IMG/VR virus record: IMGVR_UViG_3300020202_000046
Coordinates: 1-41,181 of that record
DNA length: 41,181 nt
Strand: one strand, 5' to 3'
From: a virus
Of the stretch, positions 13,913 through 23,842 are shown piece by piece. Each line of letters begins with the position of its first letter. Positions within the stretch are counted from its first letter, which is position 1. The notes beneath the pieces are model-generated. The model had not been told where the DNA came from. It saw nothing but the letters and a program-made list of their open reading frames with translations, and ran no database searches. Both the position numbers and the translations under genes were made by a program.

Positions 13913-14101
13913 ATGATTGAAAATGAAATGCTTAAACCAGGTCGATGTCTTGTGTGTAGCAGAGAGCTCAAAAACCCATTATTGGATGGAATTTGTTACG
14001 CATGCATTGAACAAATTGATGTTGATAATTTCTTAAATTGTATAGACAAAATTGACAAAATATTAACACCACCCCGCCGCGAGGGTGAAGATGCAAATTA
14101 A
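13913..14101 (+). CDS. hypothetical Zn-ribbon mini-protein (62 aa)
   Basis: CLVCS...CYAC forms a CxxC pair. A GAGGGGTGA SD lies upstream. Confidence 0.55.
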   Translation: MIENEMLKPGRCLVCSRELKNPLLDGICYACIEQIDVDNFLNCIDKIDKILTPPRREGEDAN

Positions 14102-14103
14102 AC

Positions 14104-14352
14104 CTATTCTTCTATTTTTCGCAAGCTAGATTTTTCAGCCAATATTGCATAAATCTTATCCAGCTTATTTTCTAGCCTATCTAGCTGACGGTCTTGTTGT
14201 TCCATGCCCTGCTCAACATGCACTACATCTTGCTCAACCAGGGATAAGCGTTTATCAATTGAATAAATATACCAAATAGCTGAAACAAACATCGTTATAA
14301 TAGCTATTAATGTGGTAATGTTTAAGCTAAAAGATAATTTTCTCTCTTGCAT
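14104..14352 (-). CDS. spanin-like protein (N-terminal TM + coiled coil), last gene of the lysis cassette
   Basis: The TM segment ITTLIAIITMFVSAIWYIY is followed by a heptad-rich region, LVEQDVVHVEQGMEQQDRQLDRLENKLDKIY. It lies after the holin gene. Confidence 0.5.
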   Translation of the reverse strand: MQERKLSFSLNITTLIAIITMFVSAIWYIYSIDKRLSLVEQDVVHVEQGMEQQDRQLDRLENKLDKIYAILAEKSSLRKIEE

Positions 14353-14354
14353 AA

Positions 14355-14792
14355 TTATTTCCCCCTTGGGATTACTCCCGCTATGCGTTCTTTGGTTCTG
14401 TAATAACCTAAGCCCAGCATGCCAAATAACATAGGCATTATTTGCATCATATCAATGGCAGCAGATAGCTTTATTTCTTTGCCGAAAAATGCTGCGGCAA
14501 ACATCAAAAACGGTTCAAGCACAAAATGCCACGCAAACGATATTCCGCAAACCCAGCCAAGGAAAGGTCGCCAGCCTGAATTAAATAAATTACTGCTGGC
14601 CGCCTCTATCTTATTAATTTCCTGCTGACCTTTTAATAGCTCTTGCTCACCTTTTACAAGCTCATGTTCCTGCGCTTCTCTAGCCATATTCTGAGCAATT
14701 TCTTGTTTTTCCTGCTCTGATTTATCAGGCCATATCTTATTAACGATATCCCTAAAAAATTCAATGCCAGCAGTAATCGGTTCCAATGCCAT
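14355..14792 (-). CDS. holin (3-TM, GTA-type holin family)
   Basis: QQEINKIEAASSNLFNSGWRPFLGWVCGISFAWHFVLEPF matches the Holin_of_3TMs pattern. It is adjacent to the endolysin gene. Confidence 0.7.
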   Translation of the reverse strand: MALEPITAGIEFFRDIVNKIWPDKSEQEKQEIAQNMAREAQEHELVKGEQELLKGQQEINKIEAASSNLFNSGWRPFLGWVCGISFAWHFVLEPFLMFAAAFFGKEIKLSAAIDMMQIMPMLFGMLGLGYYRTKERIAGVIPRGK

Positions 14793-14793
14793 A

Positions 14794-15186
14794 TTAATAA
14801 CTCCAAATATTAGGCCGCGGGTAATCAGGCTTTTCTAAACTGTCTAAATGAATAAAACGCCGTATTCCCTTCTGGCTTACGCCAATACCGCTAAAATCAT
14901 GCAGCACTGCCTTTTTGACCAAGCGGTAAGCTTCTTCGCCGTGTACAACAATATCCATGGCTTTGCCGGTGGTATGCGGCCCTGCCATGCCCGTGCTAGA
15001 TACTGACGTATTATGCTTTGGACAGCGGTAAGCAGAAGAAACACAAAAAGGAAAGCCAAGCTCCTCCCGAAGGATGATAATTTTTTGCATAAAACTATCA
15101 TCCATTTCCATGCCCGCTGAGCCGCAATTGCCGCACTTGCATTTAAGCTCGTCAAGCTCAAAATATTGCCAGGGTGACTTATTCAT
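14794..15186 (-). CDS. endolysin, peptidase M15A-type (D-Ala-D-Ala carboxypeptidase fold)
   Basis: FELDELKCKCGNC...VSSAYRCPKHN...GPHTTGKAMDI matches the Peptidase_M15_3 pattern (H, D, H metal ligands). Confidence 0.75.
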   Translation of the reverse strand: MNKSPWQYFELDELKCKCGNCGSAGMEMDDSFMQKIIILREELGFPFCVSSAYRCPKHNTSVSSTGMAGPHTTGKAMDIVVHGEEAYRLVKKAVLHDFSGIGVSQKGIRRFIHLDSLEKPDYPRPNIWSY

Positions 15187-16031
15187 TATGAGGCAGCCGC
15201 CGTTGTGTAAATATAATCAACCGTTGTGCCTGCGCCTGGATCAGCGCTAAACGTAATATCTAGCGTATTTGTGCCAGGCAGCGCTTTAGTAATTGATACA
15301 GAGTTGGTCGAGGTTCTAATAACTGCAGAACCTTTAGACGCAGCCGTTAAACCTGTTGCAACAAATTGGTTAGTGGTTCCACCTCCTCCATAAGTTGCTG
15401 TTGTGTTAGAGATAATGCGGTGACCGGCATCCGCCACCAAACCAGCAGTACCGCTTGCTTTGACTAAGTTATTATTCACAAGAGCTGCCGGTGCAACTGC
15501 AAAATTAGCTGTAGCAGCAGCAGGATCGGGAATGCTCACTACGGAAGCCTGCCCCATGGCGGCATTGCTAATTGTCGTTACGGTATCGCCCGTGTTAGCA
15601 ACAGCGGCAACTTTTAAACTGCCCTTGGCCTCTGTAGCCGGAAAAGAAGATAACGCGCCTGCTGTGCCCGATAAACCGGCATTGATATTGCCAGGATTCG
15701 TGGCAGTCGATGAACCGTTTTTAATGCCACCCTCTGTGTTTGAAAATGTAGCGATGTAGTTGGCAATAGTGGGTAATGCCACATCGGCCATCACGGAAAC
15801 AAGCGTAATAATACCGCTGCTAATTGATGGCTTAAAAAAGCCTACATCAGTGTCATATTTAACCAATACAATATCTGTTAACAAGATGCCGCCCTGAGCG
15901 GACGTATTTTGATGATTCAAAAATCCTGCTGTCGTTACTTCGCTTAATGTATCATCACACACCACTCTTACGATGCGTGGGTTAACGCCGATTTGACCGG
16001 CCACGTCAATTGTAATGTTTGAAATTGTCAT
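15186..16031 (-). CDS. tail fibre/virion surface protein (281 aa, Thr/Ala/Gly-rich)
   Basis: Track ORF. Called on composition and on its position at the distal end of the fibre cluster. Confidence 0.45.
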   Translation of the reverse strand: MTISNITIDVAGQIGVNPRIVRVVCDDTLSEVTTAGFLNHQNTSAQGGILLTDIVLVKYDTDVGFFKPSISSGIITLVSVMADVALPTIANYIATFSNTEGGIKNGSSTATNPGNINAGLSGTAGALSSFPATEAKGSLKVAAVANTGDTVTTISNAAMGQASVVSIPDPAAATANFAVAPAALVNNNLVKASGTAGLVADAGHRIISNTTATYGGGGTTNQFVATGLTAASKGSAVIRTSTNSVSITKALPGTNTLDITFSADPGAGTTVDYIYTTAAAS

Positions 16032-16062
16032 TTTATTTATTCCTCATAGTTAAAGTTAAAAA

Positions 16063-16323
16063 TTATTTTTTACAATACGGAGTATTTGTCTCACCGTCCC
16101 AGCACGAGTAATCTATTTCATAGCGTTGCCCGCATGGCGCTGACAATAAAAGTGTCGCCAGCAATAATTTTGTAGTGACGCCCACTTCTTTTGTTTTGCT
16201 ATTGAAAAAACTGGCATGTGGGATATGCCGATACGGGTTACGTTTAGCTTCTTGAGCCTCATAGGCCAGCCTTTTTTGGTAGCGCAACTCGCGCTTAGGA
16301 ACCGTTGTGTCTCGTATTGGCAT
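16063..16323 (-). CDS. hypothetical membrane protein (basic N-terminus, one TM, Cys-rich tail)
   Basis: Track ORF. KLLLATLLLSAPCGQRYEIDYSCWDGETNTPYCKK is its C-terminal part. Preferred over the overlapping alternate-frame ORF 16113..16346. Confidence 0.4.
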   Translation of the reverse strand: MPIRDTTVPKRELRYQKRLAYEAQEAKRNPYRHIPHASFFNSKTKEVGVTTKLLLATLLLSAPCGQRYEIDYSCWDGETNTPYCKK

Positions 16324-16338
16324 ATTAATTTTCTCAAG

Positions 16339-17961
16339 TTAGGCAATTATGTCATCAGATGCTAACCACGTATTGACGCCGGTTTTAAAAAAGGTGACTT
16401 TCCCGAATTGCGCGGAAATTTTTGGTGTAGCCCCCACTGTGCTTTGAATTGTTACGCCAACAGCCCCTACGAAATCTACTTGCCCTGCTCCTAATTGAGC
16501 AAATTCAAGTGAAGTCCCTACTGGAAAAGCAACACTGGCGTTAGTTGGTATCGTGATCGTTTGCGCTGCAACATTAGCGCAAATATGGAATTTCCCGTAA
16601 TCCCCTAAAACCAGCGTATACGCGGTTACTGTAATGGCTGAAATCGTATCCGGTGCGAGCATTGCCCCTGTAATTGATTGATCTACTGCCCCCGTTGCAA
16701 CATTTTGAAATCGGGCAATAGTAAAGTTGGTGCCGGAATGAGGGACAATAGTGGTCGGATAACTAATCGCATCAACGGTTATATCCCACGGATTTCCCGC
16801 TTCGGTTAAATCGTGAAAATCTAATGTTCCTGTTCCTAAATTAGGGCAATTTGTTATTTTAAAGGGCGGTAACCCTAATACTCCAAAAGATAAATTGCCA
16901 TTTAAGGTATCGATACCCAAACCATCTAAATATATAATTGGCACACCAGCACTTACAAATCCTTCGTTAAATGTTAATGACCCCGTAATTAATTTTGATT
17001 GAATCAATACGCGGCTAGGGTTTGATATTGTTAAATTAGTTGCTTGCGTGTCATTTAAAATCTGAATATGATCAATAACATCAATTGACGCCCCAGTTGG
17101 AAATACACAATTTTTAGCGCGTAAAGCAGAGCCGTCATATCTAATACTAGAGCCACCAACCAGATTAACAGTTCCCGTAAGTCCCAAATCCTCCATATCT
17201 AAATGTGGGTTAACGGTCGCATCCCACTCCGTTTGGTCTATAGTAATTGCTCCCGATAAGACAGATACTTGATTTCCAAAACCTGTACGCTCAATACTCG
17301 GTTTTAAAGCAATCGCTCCTGTGTGTGTTCCTGGCGTATATAAAATTGTACTTTGCCCGATAACGGCTTTAGTCTCTGCGTAGGCAGCGGTATAAGGACG
17401 TTGATAAGAGCCATTGCCTGCTTCGCTAGCACTTCCATCGGGGGATGCAAAAATTAAATTTGGAATGGGGTTATCCGTATTTAAAGACTGGCCGCCGCTA
17501 ACCCTAACCTGAACTGCTGGCGTGATTTGCGTTACCGTGAATTCTAAATCAAAAGTCTGCTCAGGCCCTACCGTAACGGATGGCATGCCACTGATATCTA
17601 AATTTCCATCAATTTTTGTTAAATTAGCATTAAAACCCGTTATATTAACGAGTCTACCTTCTCGGCTTGTGTTAAGCGGAGGGCTTCCCATGGCAGCATA
17701 AATCAGTGCCGCGCTATTAAGCGTATAGGTCTGGCTGCCATCTGGCGGGTTTAGCAAAATAATCGTATTGATTAACTCAGCGCCGGTTAAAGCGTCAGAT
17801 GTTGTTTTTGTGGTAAAGGTTTTGGCGCGGCCAGTGTTTGCTATTTCATTAAGCGTTGCGCCAACATCTGGGCTATTTGCGCCCGTTGCAACGGCTATTT
17901 TCATGGAACCCGTTAACGAGCTTTCAGGAGCAGGAAGCCCCCATATTGTTTGGTCAGCCAT
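16339..17961 (-). CDS. tail fibre / tailspike-like protein (540 aa)
   Basis: Track ORF. Long and beta-rich with Thr/Gly/Asn-rich composition, inside the fibre cluster. Confidence 0.5.
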   Translation of the reverse strand: MADQTIWGLPAPESSLTGSMKIAVATGANSPDVGATLNEIANTGRAKTFTTKTTSDALTGAELINTIILLNPPDGSQTYTLNSAALIYAAMGSPPLNTSREGRLVNITGFNANLTKIDGNLDISGMPSVTVGPEQTFDLEFTVTQITPAVQVRVSGGQSLNTDNPIPNLIFASPDGSASEAGNGSYQRPYTAAYAETKAVIGQSTILYTPGTHTGAIALKPSIERTGFGNQVSVLSGAITIDQTEWDATVNPHLDMEDLGLTGTVNLVGGSSIRYDGSALRAKNCVFPTGASIDVIDHIQILNDTQATNLTISNPSRVLIQSKLITGSLTFNEGFVSAGVPIIYLDGLGIDTLNGNLSFGVLGLPPFKITNCPNLGTGTLDFHDLTEAGNPWDITVDAISYPTTIVPHSGTNFTIARFQNVATGAVDQSITGAMLAPDTISAITVTAYTLVLGDYGKFHICANVAAQTITIPTNASVAFPVGTSLEFAQLGAGQVDFVGAVGVTIQSTVGATPKISAQFGKVTFFKTGVNTWLASDDIIA

Positions 17962-17966
17962 AAAAT

Positions 17967-18149
17967 TTACTCCACTTGAAAAATATATTTATCACCATCA
18001 GGTGTAACCATTTGCGCTTCAGTTAAAGATTCAACCCAAAAGGTATGTTGCGGCGGCGGAAAATCCCCTGCTTGCGAGTAATTTTGCACAAACATGCTTT
18101 TAACCAATGGGCTATCGTTAATCCCTGTAGGAAAATTATGAAATGGCAT
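17967..18149 (-). CDS. hypothetical virion-module protein (60 aa)
   Basis: Track ORF, packed between the fibre genes. Confidence 0.45.
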   Translation of the reverse strand: MPFHNFPTGINDSPLVKSMFVQNYSQAGDFPPPQHTFWVESLTEAQMVTPDGDKYIFQVE

Positions 18150-18474
18150 AGAATTTCACGCCTATCTCGGCTGTCGTGTTATTGGTAATGGCGCTAATGG
18201 TATCGCCACTTTTAACAATCCAGGCGGCAGGATTTTGTTCTGAGTTTTTATCGTCCACGGCTGCGCCTGGAAGCTCTGCCGTGGCGTTATGAGCAAACCA
18301 AACGCTTGCGCCAGGTTCGACTGAAAACACCGCCAGCCATCTTGTCGCTACCGTTGGCACCGTAAACGTTTGCGCAACGGTGGTAGCTAGCGTGGTGCTA
18401 AATTTATTATCGCAAGGCGGCAATCCGAATGTGTTTTGACCACTTAAATCTCGTTGCATTAATAGCTGTGTCAT
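18136..18474 (-). CDS. hypothetical virion-module protein (112 aa)
   Basis: Track ORF in the tail gene cluster. Confidence 0.55.
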   Translation of the reverse strand: MTQLLMQRDLSGQNTFGLPPCDNKFSTTLATTVAQTFTVPTVATRWLAVFSVEPGASVWFAHNATAELPGAAVDDKNSEQNPAAWIVKSGDTISAITNNTTAEIGVKFYAIS

Positions 18475-18483
18475 AAAATCCTC

Positions 18484-20835
18484 TTAATAGCGAATGTAAA
18501 AATTAACGACGGCGTTACGGGGGCGGGTGTTGTAGGAGCCTGATGAACTTGTCGCGTCTGTAATATGATCGCTAAAGCAACTTACTGTATCGCCGCTTTG
18601 TGGTAATTGATTAGTGGCACGGTCATAAGTATGATAGTGCGACAAGTTATCGTCATACTGGAATGTGCCCACCATCATGCCATTAATGTTGTCTACCAAA
18701 CTCCATCTGAAATCTTTATCAATAGTCTGGTTCGGGTCTAAGCCTTGCAAATACATGCCTCTGAAATCAGGTACAGCAAAATATTTTTGATTAACAAGGT
18801 AACGTATTTTATCAGCAACAATATTAGCGGTATCAGCAGCCACTAATTCCACTTTAATGCCTGTTCTTCCGGAAGGGGCCGGATCGGTTCCCGCCCCATC
18901 TTTTGTAAACCAGGCGTAGTAGCCTGTTGTCGATGAATTAAATATAAAATAAGAGCCGGCCGTAATGGCTGATGCTGCGGTAGCAGTGACCAATGACACT
19001 TGCCAGCCGTTTAATACGTTGCTGGTTTTTTGTGCAACATTGGCGGCTGTGTCACCTGCGGCTAAATTGATTTTAATTCCTGTGCCCCCGCCAGGTGGAA
19101 CAGTTTCATTGGTAATTTGATACCAGACAAAAAATTCAACCGGCGCTCCGCTATGATAGCTAAAGAATTTAAAATACTTTCCAGCCCCGCCAGGATTGGC
19201 CAATGATGAGGCCGCCACACATCCTATTCTGGTAATTTCTTGAAGAAGCGTAGACCCTACGCGCATCTGAGCAATCGCAAACCCAGAAGTATTGGCGGTG
19301 GCGGCAGTGACAGCCCCTCTTTCTAAGTTTTGCAATAAAATCTCAGTAGTTCCCAGCCATGCAGATTGCGTGTAGTAAGCTGCATTACCTGTGGCTATTG
19401 TTTGAAAAGTGAATCCAGTGGCTGGCGTCCCATCCGCTGTGGCAGTAACAGAACCGGCAGTATTGGTATGTATTGCAAAAACACCTGTAGTGCCGCGCCA
19501 AACAGTGACATATTGCGGCCCAGTGCCCCACTTTGGCACTGCGCTGGCATCAATCCACCACTTGGCCTGTAACCGGCTATAAGGGACGCCATACGCAGAA
19601 TATCCGGCAGTTTCATATTGTGTGCCGTCGGCATTGAGTTCACGCTTTGGATCTATATCATTTTTTGTTGAGATTCTTACATTGCTAATAACTGAATCAT
19701 CGTAAACATACCCTTGCGGCCCAAGCTCAAGCGGCAAATAAAGATTTGCATTGTTATAATTGGGCACAGGCAGAAGCCCTGGCAACGACTTTAAAAATTC
19801 CGCATCTGTCGTGATTGGAAAAGACGTAATATTGGCCTCACCAATCGTCAATACGACGTTATCAATGCTGATATCAGAGACTTCATCTACGGGGTAGCGT
19901 ATTGCAATCTGGATAAAATCATCGTTATTAGCGCCAATCGTTTTACTGGTATTCGCGCCAAAGACAAACGAGTTATTAAATATCTGATAGGTCGAGGATA
20001 ATGTCGCCGATGCTATTTCTTTTTCTTCTTGTGGGCTAACGCCTGAACCCGTACCATAATTCTTAATATAATAAAATAATAAAGTCGCACTACTGCCGCT
20101 GTTAGTTTTGGCGGTGACCGATAGCGTATATTTTTGCGTAGCGGAAGCGAATTTGTTTACATCTAAAAACTTGATGCGCACATCTTTATAATCGCCACCA
20201 CTGCCTACGGATTCTGTGACTACACGCAAGGCATAGCGAGGGCTAGCGGTAGGATTCGTGGTAAATGAGCCAAAGCGTACAAAGGTTACAAAATCACTGG
20301 ATGTTGCGCCTTCTGGCCGCTCAAACGTCCAGCCACCTTGCGCAATATCCGTTATCGCTTCCCGTATTTCTCCTGCTTCATAATCTGTGGTTTCCGGTAA
20401 ATCATGGTGCATCAAAAATTGGCCGTTGGGCACATAGTTGACCATGGTAGTGCTTTCGTCTTCACCCTCTCCTACGCCAGGCGGCCATGCTTCGCGGGTA
20501 AATTGTTCGAAATCGTCTTCATCCAATACCTGAATATAATAAAGCTCTACGATATCGGAGGAATCGCTCTCGTACGGCAGATAGTAGGGGATAATGTCAT
20601 TACCATCGTTATCAGAGAATGTACCGATACCTGTTAAAATAACCGTGCTGCCAATAGCGGTAAAACTGTAATTTCCAGGCGTACCACTTAATTTATAAAA
20701 TGTTTTAGGGGTTGCTCGGCTATTATCCTGAAAGCCTTTTACTTTTCCGCTGCGCAGCGGTAAGCCGGTAAGCTTATCTCTGAATACCATTTGCAAAGAT
20801 GGTGCAGCGGCTACGTATCTTGGGTTAATTGCCAT
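18484..20835 (-). CDS. tail fibre protein with C-terminal tail-collar-like motif (783 aa)
   Basis: YFAVPDFRGMYLQG resembles the phage tail-collar LPDLRGRF motif. Size and position support the call. Confidence 0.6.
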   Translation of the reverse strand: MAINPRYVAAAPSLQMVFRDKLTGLPLRSGKVKGFQDNSRATPKTFYKLSGTPGNYSFTAIGSTVILTGIGTFSDNDGNDIIPYYLPYESDSSDIVELYYIQVLDEDDFEQFTREAWPPGVGEGEDESTTMVNYVPNGQFLMHHDLPETTDYEAGEIREAITDIAQGGWTFERPEGATSSDFVTFVRFGSFTTNPTASPRYALRVVTESVGSGGDYKDVRIKFLDVNKFASATQKYTLSVTAKTNSGSSATLLFYYIKNYGTGSGVSPQEEKEIASATLSSTYQIFNNSFVFGANTSKTIGANNDDFIQIAIRYPVDEVSDISIDNVVLTIGEANITSFPITTDAEFLKSLPGLLPVPNYNNANLYLPLELGPQGYVYDDSVISNVRISTKNDIDPKRELNADGTQYETAGYSAYGVPYSRLQAKWWIDASAVPKWGTGPQYVTVWRGTTGVFAIHTNTAGSVTATADGTPATGFTFQTIATGNAAYYTQSAWLGTTEILLQNLERGAVTAATANTSGFAIAQMRVGSTLLQEITRIGCVAASSLANPGGAGKYFKFFSYHSGAPVEFFVWYQITNETVPPGGGTGIKINLAAGDTAANVAQKTSNVLNGWQVSLVTATAASAITAGSYFIFNSSTTGYYAWFTKDGAGTDPAPSGRTGIKVELVAADTANIVADKIRYLVNQKYFAVPDFRGMYLQGLDPNQTIDKDFRWSLVDNINGMMVGTFQYDDNLSHYHTYDRATNQLPQSGDTVSCFSDHITDATSSSGSYNTRPRNAVVNFYIRY

Positions 20836-22598
20836 TATTGTTGGCCTCCAAAATAATTTGCCGCCTGTGGCGCGGCCATTTTTGATAATAAAGAACCAAG
20901 GAGCGGACCAATTAAAGGAGAAACGCCAGGAGCCTGTGGCGCTTTCGCCAATCTGTTTGAAAAATAATTTACGGCAGGTTTTGTACCCAAAATCTTTTCT
21001 AGCCCCACCTTTCCGGCCTGTGCGCCCGATAGAGCGGCAAGCGCGCCCACACCCGTTCCTATACCGCCGCCAAAATGATAACCACCAGCGCCGCCCAGTA
21101 TTAAAGGAAGAAGGTGGCTGCCAGAAAAGATACTTGTGTTATCTAGCGCGTTAGGATTTTTATCTAAAATCTTGCTTAATCCTTGAATGGTTTTGTTTTC
21201 ATCGGCAGAAAACATATAACTTTGCTGTTCATTGCTAAGATGCTTATATTTATTGATAAACTTATTAGCATTTATATTGTTTCCGCTATCGAACACATCG
21301 CCAAAGTAGTTCATTTTTAAAATATCTTTAGCTTTCTGATCGTCACCAAGCATTTTTGAAAACTGTTCCATTTTCTGTGTTCCATCGCCTCGCGAACTTG
21401 GCACGTAGTCTTTAACAAACACAGAGGGGTCTTGATAGTCGTTTTTCCCATTTAAAAAGGCGGAGAACTTGCTTATTTGTTCTCTTCCACCAGGGGAAAC
21501 CACTTGATTGAATAATTGGTTTTTTTCAGAGGTAATTTTATTTGCGTCGTCCCAAACACTGCCCAACGTATTTTGCAGCTTATTGCCTGAAAGATTGCTG
21601 CCGATGGCCTGCTTAATATTTGACTTTGCATAATTTACAGTCGTAAATGGCAGGCTTTTGCCCGGCGTTATTTCATTCTGATAATCTTGGTTAAGGGCTT
21701 TATTGTGTTCAATGGCATCTGTAAATGTGCCATGCTGATCCTTCATGTAATCACCCAGCATTGAAATAGAATCAGCATTGGCTCTTGCAAACCCGCTTTG
21801 CCTGCCGGACTGCTGCCTTAATTTTTCAAGCTGAGAAACCAATGAATCCACATAGGGTTTATTATCAAATTTAGCGCCTTGTTGGTCAGCTTTGGCGGCT
21901 TCCTGGGTTAATGCATCCCATGCGCCTTTTTCTTTTGCGGCGTAGCCTTGATAGTTATTTTTAGCTAAATCAAAAGCCTGGGCATTGGTTAAATCTTTAA
22001 CGTTGGACAACGATTCGCCAACATTTTTTGCCATTCCCTTTGCTGAATATTGCGATAATTTATCTAAAATGGCACCAGGCGCTTTTGGCATTAATTCTCC
22101 TGCAGCTCTTCCTGCGGGAGCGGTCAATGCGCCAGCGATTCCACCCTTAATGGGATCATCGGACTGCGTTGTTCCAAAGATGCCGCCTGTAGCCGAATCT
22201 GATAGCAGCTTTTGCACAAGTGATAATGCTTTAGCCGGTGCGACAGCTTCTTGAGCAACTGCATAAGGAGCATATTGAGCGCCACCCTGTATAAGGTTAT
22301 CGGCCAGATTAGGCTTATTAACGCCAAAAACTTCTTTTCCAAAATCTATATGCGTTTGAGCAGATGGAAATCCTGAAAGCAGGAAATTATGCAATCCCTG
22401 TCCTGCCGATGCGATACCAGAAACAATATCGGGCACGATGCGCTGATAAAGAGGCGCTGCTGCTTGCTGCGATGAATTGCCACCTTCTAGTTGAGCAATG
22501 ATAGAAGGATCCGTTACAGGCTTTAATCCTGCTTGCGAAGTATTTCCTTCCAGTTGCGCAATAATGTTAGGATCGGTTACCGGTGTCATTCGTGCCAC
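20835..22598 (-). CDS. internal virion/ejection-type protein (587 aa) with duplicated N-terminal PVTDPxIIAQLEG motif
   Basis: Track ORF. It occupies the position of the P22 gp7/gp20/gp16-type genes. The repeat was read in the translation. Confidence 0.45.
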   Translation of the reverse strand: MARMTPVTDPNIIAQLEGNTSQAGLKPVTDPSIIAQLEGGNSSQQAAAPLYQRIVPDIVSGIASAGQGLHNFLLSGFPSAQTHIDFGKEVFGVNKPNLADNLIQGGAQYAPYAVAQEAVAPAKALSLVQKLLSDSATGGIFGTTQSDDPIKGGIAGALTAPAGRAAGELMPKAPGAILDKLSQYSAKGMAKNVGESLSNVKDLTNAQAFDLAKNNYQGYAAKEKGAWDALTQEAAKADQQGAKFDNKPYVDSLVSQLEKLRQQSGRQSGFARANADSISMLGDYMKDQHGTFTDAIEHNKALNQDYQNEITPGKSLPFTTVNYAKSNIKQAIGSNLSGNKLQNTLGSVWDDANKITSEKNQLFNQVVSPGGREQISKFSAFLNGKNDYQDPSVFVKDYVPSSRGDGTQKMEQFSKMLGDDQKAKDILKMNYFGDVFDSGNNINANKFINKYKHLSNEQQSYMFSADENKTIQGLSKILDKNPNALDNTSIFSGSHLLPLILGGAGGYHFGGGIGTGVGALAALSGAQAGKVGLEKILGTKPAVNYFSNRLAKAPQAPGVSPLIGPLLGSLLSKMAAPQAANYFGGQQ

Positions 22599-23842
22599 TG
22601 CCCGTTAATTTTGTAATAGGTTTTTCCGCCAAGTGTTTTGGTGGCCTGAGCTTGAGACGCGCCTGATTGCGCAGAAGCCCCGCTAAGCTTTGCTCTTGTC
22701 TGTGACGGCGTTTGTGTTAATGCTGGATTAACTCTTTGCCTATACATATCCTGCAAAGATTTAAACTGTTGCATGGCCAGATCAGGATTAGAATCCCAGT
22801 AAGCCGGATTAGAAACATTGGCCATCAGCTTTTGCTCACTGTCAGTTGCTTGACCACCTAATGTTCTGCGCATTTCATTAGCAATGTTCGTCGCGTAATT
22901 TCTAGTAAAATTTAAATAATTTTGATAATCAGATGGTGTTTTTCCAAGGGAAGCTTGTACACGGTCTTGTTGTAATTTTGCCCGTCCCGCTAAACCCGCA
23001 TAACCTGTCACAGAATCCATGAGCGGCTGAGCGCCTTGGAATAGATTATCCAAAATAGAGGCGTATAACTGCTGATTACGCTGATTGGCTGTCAGTACTT
23101 TTTTAGCGTACGTGTCCTGTGAGGCGTTTTGAACGGCGCTAATATTGTCAGGTATTGGCGCATTCATATTGGCTGCAGGCTGGCCGCTTGCGGCCCCTGC
23201 AGGTGCTGCAGGAGTAGTCCCTGGCAACGTAATGCTGGGTAATTGTTGCTGAGGCGCGCCAGGGGAGCCTGTGGCAGATAATAAATTTTGCATGGATGGA
23301 GACACGCCCCCGCCCGCTATGCCGCTGTTAAGCAAGCCAGATTGGCCCGACATTGAACTAAAGACAGCCTGCGCTAGGCCTGGGTTGCTTTGGATTAAAG
23401 CGCTCCCTTCCGGCGTTTGTGACCAATTCCTGAAACTGTTAGAAACGCCTGTACCTGCTTTTAATAGATTGGCCTGTGCGCTTAAAAAAGGCGCTGTATA
23501 TTTAAGGCCAACATAAGGCACTTCGGCATTGGTTAAATTAGTCTGAGCGCCATACAGAGGCACTTTTGCATTAGCCTCGTTCGCCTGCGCATTAATTAAA
23601 TTAGGCTGTGCTCTTAGCATGGCTAGCTGCGCTTGCGTCATCTGTGGCGCATATTGCAATTCCACGTCTTTTAAATCATTGCCGATGGACGCGCCGCGTA
23701 ATTGCTCCGCCAGGCTTTGAGGCAAGAACTGGTTTTGAATGCCAAGCTGCTGCGTTTGCATGGCCAAATTTTTTAAGGTCTCCATGCGATTCATGCCGGT
23801 TAAAACAGGATTAGCTTGATCAAAACTTAAAAGTGGAAACAT
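22586..23842 (-). CDS. internal virion/ejection-type protein (418 aa, Gln/Ala-rich)
   Basis: Track ORF. TAATG overlap with the upstream gene. Confidence 0.45.
   Translation of the reverse strand: MFPLLSFDQANPVLTGMNRMETLKNLAMQTQQLGIQNQFLPQSLAEQLRGASIGNDLKDVELQYAPQMTQAQLAMLRAQPNLINAQANEANAKVPLYGAQTNLTNAEVPYVGLKYTAPFLSAQANLLKAGTGVSNSFRNWSQTPEGSALIQSNPGLAQAVFSSMSGQSGLLNSGIAGGGVSPSMQNLLSATGSPGAPQQQLPSITLPGTTPAAPAGAASGQPAANMNAPIPDNISAVQNASQDTYAKKVLTANQRNQQLYASILDNLFQGAQPLMDSVTGYAGLAGRAKLQQDRVQASLGKTPSDYQNYLNFTRNYATNIANEMRRTLGGQATDSEQKLMANVSNPAYWDSNPDLAMQQFKSLQDMYRQRVNPALTQTPSQTRAKLSGASAQSGASQAQATKTLGGKTYYKINGQWHE

Noticed and set aside
16113-16346. Alternate-frame 77-aa ORF overlapping 16063..16323
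   Set aside because: Its translation is Cys/Arg/Lys-rich and shadow-like, while the competing frame has a TM helix and more protein-like composition. Neither call is strong.
15186-20835. Diversity-generating retroelement targeting the fibre genes (as in BPP-1-like podoviruses)
   Set aside because: No reverse-transcriptase ORF occurs anywhere in the window, and I saw no template/variable repeat pair at the fibre 3' ends.
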